Assembly (NCBI GenBank): GCA_964513825.1
Contig: CAZEOJ010000002.1
Location: forward strand, 1-48,024
Source of the DNA: an uncultured Bacteroidaceae bacterium
GTDB taxonomy: Bacteria > Bacteroidota > Bacteroidia > Bacteroidales > P3
Direction of reading: 5' to 3'
DNA: 48,024 bases
Each line of letters begins with the position of its first letter. The first letter of the stretch is position 1. Below the pieces are notes generated by a model that had not been told where the DNA came from, did not search any database, and saw only the letters and a program-made list of their open reading frames with translations. Made by a program: the position numbers and the translations under genes. Of the stretch, positions 1-7,518 are shown one piece after another.

Positions 1-1173
1 TCCATAGACCCCTATATCATCTACCGCTCGGGGCCCTTCGACGACAACCCCGGAGGCCGCCTGCAGGTCTACCAACGCTCCACGCAAGATTTTGAACATA
101 AACTGCTTATCGACAACGCCCTCACCGACAACAACTGCATGAACTGCCATGCCGTGGGCGCCGGAAACGCCGAGCGCATGGTGGTTCACATACGCGGCGC
201 CCACGCCGGCACCCTCGTCATCCACGCCGACAGCGCTATCAAAATCACCGTTCCCGCCACCTACGATTTCCGTCTTTCCTATCCCGCCCACAACCCTGCG
301 CACCCCTATATCGCTTTCGCTACCACCAAGATAGCCCCCTTCGGCTACGTCAATCCCCACCGCACCCAAGACCTCGTGGCCGACTACGGCGGGCGCATCG
401 TGCTCTACGACACCCGTCGCGACCGCATCTTCTCCACGCCCGCGCTGAGCGACCCTGCCTATCAATACACTTTCCCCACGTGGAGCCCCGACGGACGCAC
501 CCTCTATTTCTGCCGCACCGCGACGCTCGATTTCGACAGCCTCACGCCCGAGAACGAGAAAGAGGCGCTCGCCGCCTTTCGCTACGATTTGTATAAAATT
601 GATTTCGACCCCGATACAGACACTTTCGGCACGCCCGAAATCGTCTATCCCGTAAGCCGTCACTATGTGAGCGCTGCCATGCCCGCCGTGCATCCCTCGG
701 GTCGCTATATCTTGGTTTCGGCCATGCTGATGGGGTCGCACGCCTCGCAGAATCAGGGGGATATTTATTTGATAGATAACAAAAAAGACACGATGCGCGC
801 CTTGGACGAACTCAACAGTCCCGACGGGGAGGCGGCCGCGGGCTGGAGCGTGGACGGCAACTGGGTGGTGTATCGAAGCAAGATGCTGAACGGTTCCAAT
901 TCGGCGTTGTATATAGCGCATTTTGAGTGCGATAGCGCGGAGGGTCAGCCTGCGGCCGCCTCTTTTTCTCCCCCCTTTGTTCTTCCCGAAAGAAATCTGT
1001 ATTATTATAAAAGGAACACACGGATGCAGATTTTCCCCGTTTTCAGCCGCACGCCCTCTCCGCTCAACCCGCAGAAGTGGCGGCAGTGGAACCTGCAACC
1101 CGCCCACATCCCCGACCTGAGCGCCTTTACCCCCACCTCCGCAGAACCCGATTCCCGCCCCTCCGGCCACTGA
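1..1173 (+). CDS. Family P paralog P0: CxxCH-motif TolB/PD40-like beta-propeller protein, 5' end cut by the window edge
   Basis: Frame 1 is open from base 1 (SIDPYIIYRSGPFDD...), so the listed ORF 139..1173 is only the part after the first ATG. It contains NNCMNCH (CxxCH codons 136..150) and PD40-type repeats (FPTWSPDGRTLYFCR, VHPSGRYILVS, WSVDGNWVVY). It is collinear with 5890..7518(-). Confidence 0.85.
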   Translation, partial: SIDPYIIYRSGPFDDNPGGRLQVYQRSTQDFEHKLLIDNALTDNNCMNCHAVGAGNAERMVVHIRGAHAGTLVIHADSAIKITVPATYDFRLSYPAHNPAHPYIAFATTKIAPFGYVNPHRTQDLVADYGGRIVLYDTRRDRIFSTPALSDPAYQYTFPTWSPDGRTLYFCRTATLDFDSLTPENEKEALAAFRYDLYKIDFDPDTDTFGTPEIVYPVSRHYVSAAMPAVHPSGRYILVSAMLMGSHASQNQGDIYLIDNKKDTMRALDELNSPDGEAAAGWSVDGNWVVYRSKMLNGSNSALYIAHFECDSAEGQPAAASFSPPFVLPERNLYYYKRNTRMQIFPVFSRTPSPLNPQKWRQWNLQPAHIPDLSAFTPTSAEPDSRPSGH

Positions 1174-1210
1174 GGTTAGATACGAATACCGGTCTTTATG
1201 ACATCAAAAG

Positions 1211-2746
1211 TCAATAACTTGTGGGCTCGCCGGGAGATTTTTGCAGGGCGGCGGCTTGTTGTGGGGTGAGGGGGGAGGCTGTGCGCACCAGAGTGGGGAG
1301 GTTGAAGGCCTTTAAGAAAGTCTGATAGAAACGGGGATCCTTTTGCGGCAAAAGAAAAGGCTTGCTAAAGTTTTTTCCGTCGAAATACGAGAAGTAGGGG
1401 AGCGAATAGAGGCCGTCGCCCCGCTTGCTCGCAAACACCATCCAGCGGCCGTCGGAACTCCATTCGTGCCAACTCTCCGATTCGGGCGAATTGAGCACGG
1501 CGCAGTCGATAGGCTCGGAGATAACACCAAGACTATCAAACCGCAATGCCACCAAATCGCCGTAGGCATGATAGGGCACCGAATTGAACAAAGCCTTGCA
1601 ATACACCAGCACATCCCCGCGAGGATTCACACGCGGCACCGAATAGCTCTCTCCCGCTTTCCCCTGCGCCAACACCTCCACGGGCGGCACAAAACGTCCC
1701 TCGGAGGCCGAAAAACGCACCCGCACCAAATCGAAATAGATGTGCCGCACCCGTTCGGTTGGGTCGGGGTAGCGCGTCACCGTGTCGGCGCTCACCTTGG
1801 CTGTGCGGCAGAAATACAGCCATTCGCCGTCGGGACTCCAGGCCGGCCAGGTCTCCTCAAAATCTTCCGTCCACAGCAAGGTATCTAAAATCAATTGATT
1901 ATGTACCACATCATACAGCACGATATTGGAGGCCGTGTCCAAAAGGTTAAAGAAGCGCTTGTGCGCCGCATAGCCGCCCACGCCCACGATGTTGGTCGAG
2001 AATACCATCCAATCGCCCGCAGGATGCCAGGCGGGATAGACTAAATTGATCGGCGCGCGGATTTTCTTCGCCTCGCCGTTGTGCATCAACAGCGTGCCGT
2101 TCGAGGGGTTGCGGAAATGCAGGCTCATCGAGGCCGCATCGCCTTTGTGATAGGTGTGGCAGTTGAAACAGTTGTTGTCCATCAGGCTGTTGGACACTAA
2201 GTTACGGCAAGAAAAATTTTCCATGCAACGCTCCCACAACCCCAGTTCGCTATACACGCCGTCGGTGGGTTGCACTAATCGGTAGGTGAGGTAAGGATCG
2301 ATAGAGTCGGCCACATGCCAGTGCAGGGCGGGGAAGGTGTAGGTGCGGCCGCTTGCGGCGCGGGCTTCCATCGCCAGACGGATAGGTTTTTGCGATGCGT
2401 AGGCTGTTTGCAGCAGTTCCCGCCAGAGTTTTTCGGGAAAGCGGAGGCCGTTTTTCTTGGCGTGCAGACGGCTCACGCACTTGGTATCGTCCACGTCCAC
2501 ATCTACCCAAAATTTTGTGAACGAATCGGGTAGACAGAAGTTGAGGGGGGCGATATTGCAGGGAATCACAATCCCGTCGCCATAGTCCGGATAGAGTGGC
2601 GCCGCCATATCCACGGCCGCCAAAGCCGTTGTCCCGCTGTCCGCCAGACCGCCCGTCTGCCGTCCGCCATCCCCGCAGCCCGTTATCAATACAAAAACTA
2701 CCCCCACCAACATCATCCCCCTCCAAAACTTGTAACGCATAACCAT
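1211..2746 (-). CDS. Family P paralog P1: lipoprotein with CxxCH motif and PD40-like beta-propeller
   Basis: Start moved from 2827 to ATG 2746 (MVMRYKFWRGMMLVGVVFVLITGCGDGG, a signal peptide with lipobox LITGC). The 27 upstream codons would overlap yoeB. Family motifs present: IPCNIAPLNF, DSIDPYLTYRL, NNCFNCH (2156..2170), YPAWHPAGD, WPAWSPDGEWLYFCR, WSSDGRWMVFASKR. Confidence 0.85.
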   Translation of the reverse strand: MVMRYKFWRGMMLVGVVFVLITGCGDGGRQTGGLADSGTTALAAVDMAAPLYPDYGDGIVIPCNIAPLNFCLPDSFTKFWVDVDVDDTKCVSRLHAKKNGLRFPEKLWRELLQTAYASQKPIRLAMEARAASGRTYTFPALHWHVADSIDPYLTYRLVQPTDGVYSELGLWERCMENFSCRNLVSNSLMDNNCFNCHTYHKGDAASMSLHFRNPSNGTLLMHNGEAKKIRAPINLVYPAWHPAGDWMVFSTNIVGVGGYAAHKRFFNLLDTASNIVLYDVVHNQLILDTLLWTEDFEETWPAWSPDGEWLYFCRTAKVSADTVTRYPDPTERVRHIYFDLVRVRFSASEGRFVPPVEVLAQGKAGESYSVPRVNPRGDVLVYCKALFNSVPYHAYGDLVALRFDSLGVISEPIDCAVLNSPESESWHEWSSDGRWMVFASKRGDGLYSLPYFSYFDGKNFSKPFLLPQKDPRFYQTFLKAFNLPTLVRTASPLTPQQAAALQKSPGEPTSY

Positions 2747-2759
2747 ACAGTCTGCTATT

Positions 2760-3026
2760 TTAATCGTAATGTCCGTAGGAAGAAAACACCAACACTTTAA
2801 TCTGGTCTTCGTGAATTTCGTAGACAAGCCGATGTTTCTGACTTATTCTTCGCGACCATGTGGGGATTTCAAAACCTTTCAGCTGTTCCGGATGACCGGT
2901 GCCGGTTGTCGGATGCAAGGAAAGTTCCTCCAAGAGTCTCAGGGCTTTTTTATAATAGGCCGGTTCGGATCTTTCAAGCTTGTCGATGTCGGACAAGGCT
3001 TCTGTAGTATAATCAACCTTGTACAT
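2760..3026 (-). CDS. yoeB: Txe/YoeB-family type II toxin (RelE/ParE superfamily mRNA interferase)
   Basis: 88 aa. GTGHPEQLKG...WSRRISQKHRLVYEI...YGHYD matches the YoeB signature G-x-G-K/H-P-E-x-L-K ... WSRRI ... HRLVY ... Y-x-HY. It overlaps the upstream antitoxin gene by 14 nt. Confidence 0.9.
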   Translation of the reverse strand: MYKVDYTTEALSDIDKLERSEPAYYKKALRLLEELSLHPTTGTGHPEQLKGFEIPTWSRRISQKHRLVYEIHEDQIKVLVFSSYGHYD

Positions 3027-3291
3027 GGCCTTCTACTCTCATACGATCTAAAAATTCATCGAAAGACTCTCCTGGATTGGGAGAATACACCAACCCTTGT
3101 CTTGCCTGCTCCTTGGCGCGATCTATCTTGGCATAAAATTCCTCCTTGGTCATCAGGGTGTCGTCTTTCTTCACCCTCGACAACTTAAAGGCATCTTTCT
3201 TGCGCGTGATGAGCAACTCCAAGCCTTTCGTCACCTGGTCAAGATAATGGCGTTGGTTGGTTCTAAACTCGCGAGCACTGACGGTAAGCAT
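3013..3291 (-). CDS. yefM: Phd/YefM-family type II antitoxin
   Basis: Start set at internal ATG 3291 (MLTVSAREFRTNQRHYLDQVTKGLELLITRKKD...). This N-terminus fits the Phd/YefM pattern. The 22 upstream codons of the listed ORF are hydrophobic junk that run over the promoter and operator. It is translationally coupled to yoeB. Confidence 0.8.
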   Translation of the reverse strand: MLTVSAREFRTNQRHYLDQVTKGLELLITRKKDAFKLSRVKKDDTLMTKEEFYAKIDRAKEQARQGLVYSPNPGESFDEFLDRMRVEGHVQG

Positions 3292-3314
3292 AACTTTATG
3301 TGTTTTTTCAACTA

Positions 3315-3322
3315 CAAAGATA
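3315..3322 (-). promoter_or_regulatory. Putative Bacteroidota -7 promoter box (TATCTTTG) for yefM-yoeB
   Basis: The minus-strand sequence TATCTTTG matches the TAnnTTTG consensus and lies 24 nt upstream of ATG 3291. Confidence 0.4.
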
Positions 3323-3336
3323 CAAAAAAAACAAAG

Positions 3337-3355
3337 GTGTACCAAAATGGTACAC
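3337..3355. promoter_or_regulatory. Perfect 8-bp inverted repeat GTGTACCA-AAA-TGGTACAC; candidate YefM-YoeB operator
   Basis: Read directly from the sequence. It lies about 46 nt upstream of the yefM start, just upstream of the -7 box. The half-sites contain GTAC cores that resemble the TGTACA operator core described for E. coli yefM-yoeB. Confidence 0.45.
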
Positions 3356-3388
3356 AATAATTCTCTTTAAAAATGTAAACTTTTTAGT

Positions 3389-3396
3389 TAACTTTG
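3389..3396 (+). promoter_or_regulatory. Putative -7 promoter box (TAACTTTG) for the HigB-remnant/XRE antitoxin pair
   Basis: Matches TAnnTTTG and lies 66 nt upstream of ATG 3462. Confidence 0.35.
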
Positions 3397-3461
3397 CGGA
3401 CGGAAAAACGTTTTGCAAACAGGAAGACGCATTGCAAACGGAAAGCCACACGATAAAGGGA

Positions 3462-3662
3462 ATGACACACCGTACCATATACCTATACAAGAATTACTTT
3501 AAGCAGTTTTATCTAAGTCAGACAGAAAGTGTTAGACGAAAGATAAACTACTGCCTCGATGTTGTCAGGACAATGGAGAGAATACCCGTGTCCATACTGA
3601 AAAGTATAGAAGGAACGAAAGGACTCTACGAAATACGTGTGGAATTCGGGGGTGATATATGA
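3462..3662 (+). pseudogene. Truncated RelE/HigB-like (phage Gp49-like) toxin remnant
   Basis: MTHRTIYLYKNYFKQFYLSQTESVRRKINYCLDVVRTMERIPVSILKSIEGTKGLYEIRVEFGGDI* is the typical N-terminal two thirds of Gp49/HigB-like toxins (..F.K.L.G...L.EIRV.....). It stops before the catalytic C-terminal strands. A short out-of-frame piece (MTEYFNEKRNG, about 3660..3695) resembles the usual extreme C-terminus, which suggests an internal deletion. Confidence 0.6.
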
Positions 3663-3686
3663 CAGAATACTTTAACGAAAAACGCA

Positions 3687-3998
3687 ATGGATAAAGATAA
3701 AAAAGCGACTGTGATGAAAGCCCGCACATTCGATGAACTTCTTGACGCGGAGTATGGCGTGGCCGGTACGCCCGAAAGAGAACGGTTTGATGCCGATTCG
3801 GCCGCGTTCAGCCTTGCCGTGACGCTTAAGGAAGAACGCCTGAGGGCCGGCCTCACGCAAGAGCAGCTTGCGGTGAGAATCGGCACCAAGAAAACCTATA
3901 TATCGCGCTTGGAGAACGGCAAATCCGACGTTCAACTCCATACGCTTTTCCGCATTTTCGAAGGCTTGGGGAGGCGGGTGGCGTTGACTATTTTTTAG
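3687..3998 (+). CDS. XRE-family helix-turn-helix antitoxin (HigA-like)
   Basis: 103 aa. LTQEQLAVRIGTKKTYISRLENGKSDVQLHTLFRIFEGLG is a classic HTH_3/XRE motif. It lies directly downstream of the toxin remnant, in the toxin-first HigBA order. Confidence 0.8.
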   Translation: MDKDKKATVMKARTFDELLDAEYGVAGTPERERFDADSAAFSLAVTLKEERLRAGLTQEQLAVRIGTKKTYISRLENGKSDVQLHTLFRIFEGLGRRVALTIF

Positions 3999-4014
3999 GC
4001 GGCTGTTGATACAA

Positions 4015-5124
4015 CTAAAAAAACATGTAGTAGCGGTAGGTGTAGGTGTGGCCGAATTCGGCGGTGAGATCTTCGGCGGTTTTGGCGCCGCGTTGCCATT
4101 GAACGCGGGCCTGCAGAAAGTTGCGGAGACCCCGTTCGATACCCTCATCAAAATGAAAATCATTAAAATATAACTGAACCGAATCGGCAATCGGAAACAT
4201 CTCCTGCCGCATGATGCAGACCATTTCCTGCAGGGGGCGGGGCATCTGCCCGTAGGCGGGCAACAAAGACGCCGCATGTTCCAGATTCTTCCTGAGTAAA
4301 TCAAAGAGCAGGACATATTCCAAAACACCCCGCGAACCGGGATTTTGTTCCCATCTTGCCCGACAATCCCCCTCCAGACTTCCCATATCGTTCAGATAGT
4401 CAGTAAGACCCAATTTTCCGTAGGCGGTGATTTTTTCGGCCAAGGCCACCACCTCGTCCGAAGCCGCGATAGCCGGGCCCGAAGCCGACGAAGCCCGCAG
4501 AAACGCCAACACCTCGCGATACTTCAAAGCCTCTTTCTTCCAACCCTTCAACCCCGCCCACACATGTATGTACCGTTCTGCCAGATTATATTGCTCACAG
4601 GCCATCATGGCCGGCACCATCAACGCCAACGCTTCGCCCGACACCCCGTTTCTCTCTATCAAGTTGATACCCATGCAATATACGGCGGTCGGATTATCTA
4701 ACGCCCGCTGACGGAGCATCCCTGCCAACGAATATTCTCCCTGCAGGCCGTCTTCTACCATGTTGTAGATTTCGGGCGTGCGGTAGTAGGAGAAGAAGCG
4801 AGAAACAAGGTTTCCCGAACCCACGAGCGCCGTTTTGGTATAGGAGGCAAGACGCAGACGAAAAATGATTTCTTCCTGCGAAAGATTTGCATAAAGCGTG
4901 TTCTGCCCGTTCACCACGTCGCTGACGGGGCAGGGATGAGAGAACCAATAGGTATCGGCAAACTCCACGGCTTCCGCATAGCGCTCCTCCATGCACAGCT
5001 GCTCCATTTTCTGCAACTTCTTCTCAAAGCTGCTGGTTTTCCCGCAGCCCGTAAGCAAACCCGTCAAAAGTCCAGCCACCAATCCCACGGCCAACATTTC
5101 GCTAATTTTCGCTATTATTTTCAT
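4015..5124 (-). CDS. Family M paralog M2': lipoprotein carrying only the C-terminal soluble domain of family M
   Basis: MKIIAKISEMLAVGLVAGLLTGLLTGCGK has the lipobox LTGC. The rest aligns with the C-terminal halves of 7515..9053, 10766..12640 and 16053..17507. Shared motifs are MPRPLQEMVCIM vs LPVYMQEAICFI, MPRHVQEALLAI and LPIYLQEGLFLA, plus the aromatic tail GHTYTYRYYMFF*. Confidence 0.75.
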   Translation of the reverse strand: MKIIAKISEMLAVGLVAGLLTGLLTGCGKTSSFEKKLQKMEQLCMEERYAEAVEFADTYWFSHPCPVSDVVNGQNTLYANLSQEEIIFRLRLASYTKTALVGSGNLVSRFFSYYRTPEIYNMVEDGLQGEYSLAGMLRQRALDNPTAVYCMGINLIERNGVSGEALALMVPAMMACEQYNLAERYIHVWAGLKGWKKEALKYREVLAFLRASSASGPAIAASDEVVALAEKITAYGKLGLTDYLNDMGSLEGDCRARWEQNPGSRGVLEYVLLFDLLRKNLEHAASLLPAYGQMPRPLQEMVCIMRQEMFPIADSVQLYFNDFHFDEGIERGLRNFLQARVQWQRGAKTAEDLTAEFGHTYTYRYYMFF

Positions 5125-5544
5125 TTAGGCAACAAAATTTACACCAGAAAATTCCTGCAACGTCATAATTCCAACCTTTGGAAATTTGATGGCTTTAAGG
5201 ATATTAAAGTGGGTGTCGTTGGTAACGATTAACTCTGCATTGGCACAAATGGCGCAATCCACAAATTTGTTGTCGTCGGGGTCGGCCTTGATAAGATGGT
5301 AGAAGAACGTAGGGGAGACCCTTTTCAATAAAGGGGTCTCGAGAATGGCGGCTACAACCAGGCGCGCAACCTGCGGATTGATTTTGCGACTGATGATTTC
5401 TTCATATTCCATCACAATATCCGTAGATACACAGAGACTTATACGTCCCTCTAAAATATCCGTCCAAACCTTGTGATAAGGACTTGATGAAGGAAGTATC
5501 ATCAAAAGGCAATTCGTGTCCAGAACGATAGTCCGCATAAACAA
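5125..5544 (-). CDS. PIN-domain toxin (VapC-like, PIN_3-type)
   Basis: 139 aa. It shows the acidic PIN pattern: IVLDTNCLL at the N-terminus, MEYEEI, ADPDDNKFVDCAI and LIVTNDTHF. The start abuts the antitoxin stop (5545), and the stop abuts the start of 4015..5124. Confidence 0.8.
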   Translation of the reverse strand: MFMRTIVLDTNCLLMILPSSSPYHKVWTDILEGRISLCVSTDIVMEYEEIISRKINPQVARLVVAAILETPLLKRVSPTFFYHLIKADPDDNKFVDCAICANAELIVTNDTHFNILKAIKFPKVGIMTLQEFSGVNFVA

Positions 5545-5829
5545 CTATTTGTGGATGTATGGCGTGCGCAGATGCTCCTTTCCCCAAGCCTCTATATCGG
5601 CCACCTCCATATTGTGCGCGGAAAAATACTCATCGATAGCGTTTTGCGCCTGTTGCGCGGCGGCAATTTCGTCCGAAATAATTTCAAAGGGGATTTTCCG
5701 TCGTTGTACCACGGTGCGGGCAAACACGTTAAAGGCCGCATTCGAACTCAAGCCGAACTGCGAGCAGAGGCTGTCGAACTCTTTCTTAAGGTTGGAATCC
5801 AACCGAACTGTCATAGCTACTTGAGGCAT
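5545..5829 (-). CDS. RelB/DinJ-family antitoxin
   Basis: 94 aa. MTVRLDSNLKKEFDSLCSQFGLSSNAAFNVFARTVVQRRKIPFEI fits the ribbon-helix-helix DinJ pattern (R.D..LK......L...GL........F...V......PF). It sits directly upstream of the PIN gene. Confidence 0.8.
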   Translation of the reverse strand: MPQVAMTVRLDSNLKKEFDSLCSQFGLSSNAAFNVFARTVVQRRKIPFEIISDEIAAAQQAQNAIDEYFSAHNMEVADIEAWGKEHLRTPYIHK

Positions 5830-5849
5830 AATCGTGATTCTTTACAGCA

Positions 5850-5857
5850 CAAAGATA
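5850..5857 (-). promoter_or_regulatory. Putative -7 promoter box (TATCTTTG) for the relB/dinJ-PIN operon, with an adjacent TTGCAA-A-TTGCAA repeat (5866..5878)
   Basis: TAnnTTTG match 21 nt upstream of ATG 5829. The tandem copies of the palindromic hexamer TTGCAA immediately upstream are a candidate antitoxin operator. Confidence 0.35.
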
Positions 5858-5889
5858 GCAAATAATTGCAAATTGCAACCATTTTGTCG

Positions 5890-7518
5890 TCAGTGGCCGC
5901 CGAAGTCGTTGGGGAGGGAGGGGCCGGAGGTGGCGTCCACCCTCCCGGCGGCTATTCCGACTGTGTCGAAAAACGACATATCGGGATAGGAAAGCGGCTG
6001 TTCCACCATGGTTTTATACGCCTTCCTGTCGAACGGAAGCGGCTTTCTGTCAAATACGGGGAACGTGAACGAGCGCGTGTTCCACAGGTAGTGGTCGGGA
6101 TGCTTCTGCGGCAATACAAACGGCTTGGAAATAATCTGTCCGTCGGGCGCGGAACCATCAAAATGCGCCAGATATAGAAGCGATTGCGCCCCCGATTCCC
6201 GCTTGGACGTAAACACAAACCATTTGCCGTCAGAAGTCCACACCCCGCGGCGGTCCGCATCGGGCGAATTGAAGCCCGGCGTATGCACGGGACGCAGGCC
6301 CGCGCTATCCCACTTCAGCAAAATCAAATCACCTTGATTCTGAGACGGAAAAGACCCCATCATCACCGTCGATACAAACAAGAAACGCCCGTCGGGGCTT
6401 ACACTCGGAATGGACGCGGAACGGTTTACGCTGTCCCCCCACGCAAGCGGCGAATACACAAATTCGGGCTCTCCAAAGGATTCTCTATCTTCATCAAAAT
6501 CAATGCGGAACAAATCGTAGCGAAACTCGGCCAAACACTCTTTCTCCCGCTCCTGCGGCAGATTCCACACCTCCATATAAGGCGTGCGGCAAAAGTAGAG
6601 GCTCTTGCCGTCGGGCGCCCAGGTAGGGAAAGAATAACAGAAAGCCGTGTCGGTGAGGGCGGGGCAAGAAAACAGACGGTTCCGCCGTGTGTCGTAGAGC
6701 ACAATCCAGGCCGCCACATCGGGCATGAGGTCTTGGGTGCGGTGCGGATTGACAAACTGCACGGGCGAGATGCGCGTGGTGGCAAAGGCGATATAACGCC
6801 CGTCGGGGCTCCAGGCGGGGTAGGAAAGACGGAATCCGTAGCGGGCGGGCACCGAAATCTTGCACGACGAACCCTGGCCGTCGGTCACCACCGTGCCCGC
6901 AAAAGCCTGACGCACATGAAACACCATCCTGGAATCCACACCCAGACTATGGCAATTCATGCAGTTGTTTTCGGTCTGAAGGTTGTCCATCAGACAACGC
7001 TGCGAAAAATCGGTAAGGTTGCGCTCGTATACCTGCAAGCGTCCCCCCGTGTTCTGGTCGTGGGGGCCCAGACGATACACCAGATACGGATCTATGCTGT
7101 CGGGAGATACCCGCCACACCCGCAAGGCCGTATCGTCCACCACAAGACGCAGAAAACCGCCGCTCACGCAAGCCAGCGTTTCCCGCCAAGTTTTTTCATT
7201 GAAAATCCGCGTGCGACAACGGTTTTTTGTCCACGAAACCAACATGTTGCCCGTGCTGTCGCAGGCTTCCACCCGCACGCGGTGCGCCCGCCCGTCGGCC
7301 ATGCGGAAGTTGAGAGGTGCGATATTGCAGGGCAGCACGATTCCGTCGGCATAGTTCGGGTAGATGTCGGCGCAAGGCCCATATGCAGCGGCGCAAGGCC
7401 CATAGCAAGGCTCACAGCGAGGCCCGCAGGCGCAGAACAGACAGGCTCCCACCGCAAGGCCAAGGGCGGACAAGAGAGTTCTTAAACGGAATGACAAGCG
7501 CAAATCCATCATAATCAT
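5890..7518 (-). CDS. Family P paralog P2: lipoprotein with CxxCH motif and PD40-like beta-propeller
   Basis: 542 aa with a signal peptide and Cys-rich lipobox region (LAVGACLFCACG). Motifs: LPCNIAPLNF, DSIDPYLVYRL, NNCMNCH (6949..6963), YPAWSPDGRYIAF, FPTWAPDGKSLYFCR, VSPDGRFLFVS, WTSDGKWFVFTSKR. Its start overlaps the stop of the upstream M3 gene by 4 nt (ATGA at 7515..7518). Confidence 0.9.
   Translation of the reverse strand: MIMMDLRLSFRLRTLLSALGLAVGACLFCACGPRCEPCYGPCAAAYGPCADIYPNYADGIVLPCNIAPLNFRMADGRAHRVRVEACDSTGNMLVSWTKNRCRTRIFNEKTWRETLACVSGGFLRLVVDDTALRVWRVSPDSIDPYLVYRLGPHDQNTGGRLQVYERNLTDFSQRCLMDNLQTENNCMNCHSLGVDSRMVFHVRQAFAGTVVTDGQGSSCKISVPARYGFRLSYPAWSPDGRYIAFATTRISPVQFVNPHRTQDLMPDVAAWIVLYDTRRNRLFSCPALTDTAFCYSFPTWAPDGKSLYFCRTPYMEVWNLPQEREKECLAEFRYDLFRIDFDEDRESFGEPEFVYSPLAWGDSVNRSASIPSVSPDGRFLFVSTVMMGSFPSQNQGDLILLKWDSAGLRPVHTPGFNSPDADRRGVWTSDGKWFVFTSKRESGAQSLLYLAHFDGSAPDGQIISKPFVLPQKHPDHYLWNTRSFTFPVFDRKPLPFDRKAYKTMVEQPLSYPDMSFFDTVGIAAGRVDATSGPSLPNDFGGH

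Noticed and set aside
3300-3461. N-terminal 54 codons of the listed ORF 3300..3662
   Set aside because: This stretch covers the divergent promoter and operator region and has no similarity to RelE/HigB-like toxins. Homology begins at Met 3462.
3991-4022. TTTTTTAG ... CTAAAAAA inverted repeat spanning the two convergent stop codons (3996..3998 and 4015..4017), a possible bidirectional terminator
   Set aside because: The stem is almost pure A/T with a 16-nt loop, so the predicted stability is very low. It cannot be supported as a terminator without a folding energy calculation or 3'-end mapping.
2760-5829. Interpretation of the TA cluster as part of an integrative mobile element or genomic island
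   Set aside because: No integrase, transposase, relaxase, tRNA target or flanking direct or inverted repeats could be seen. Only the TA genes themselves are present.
6184-7485. 433-aa + ORF antisense to P2. Similar long antisense ORFs are 1343..1888(+), 7911..8624(+), 9700..10746(+), 11333..12367(-), 12489..14009(-), 15396..16067(-) and 19732..20634(-).
   Set aside because: All lie fully inside, and opposite to, CDSs with clear family motifs and signal peptides. Their products are Arg/Gly/His/Pro-rich with no motifs. These are typical GC-rich shadow ORFs.
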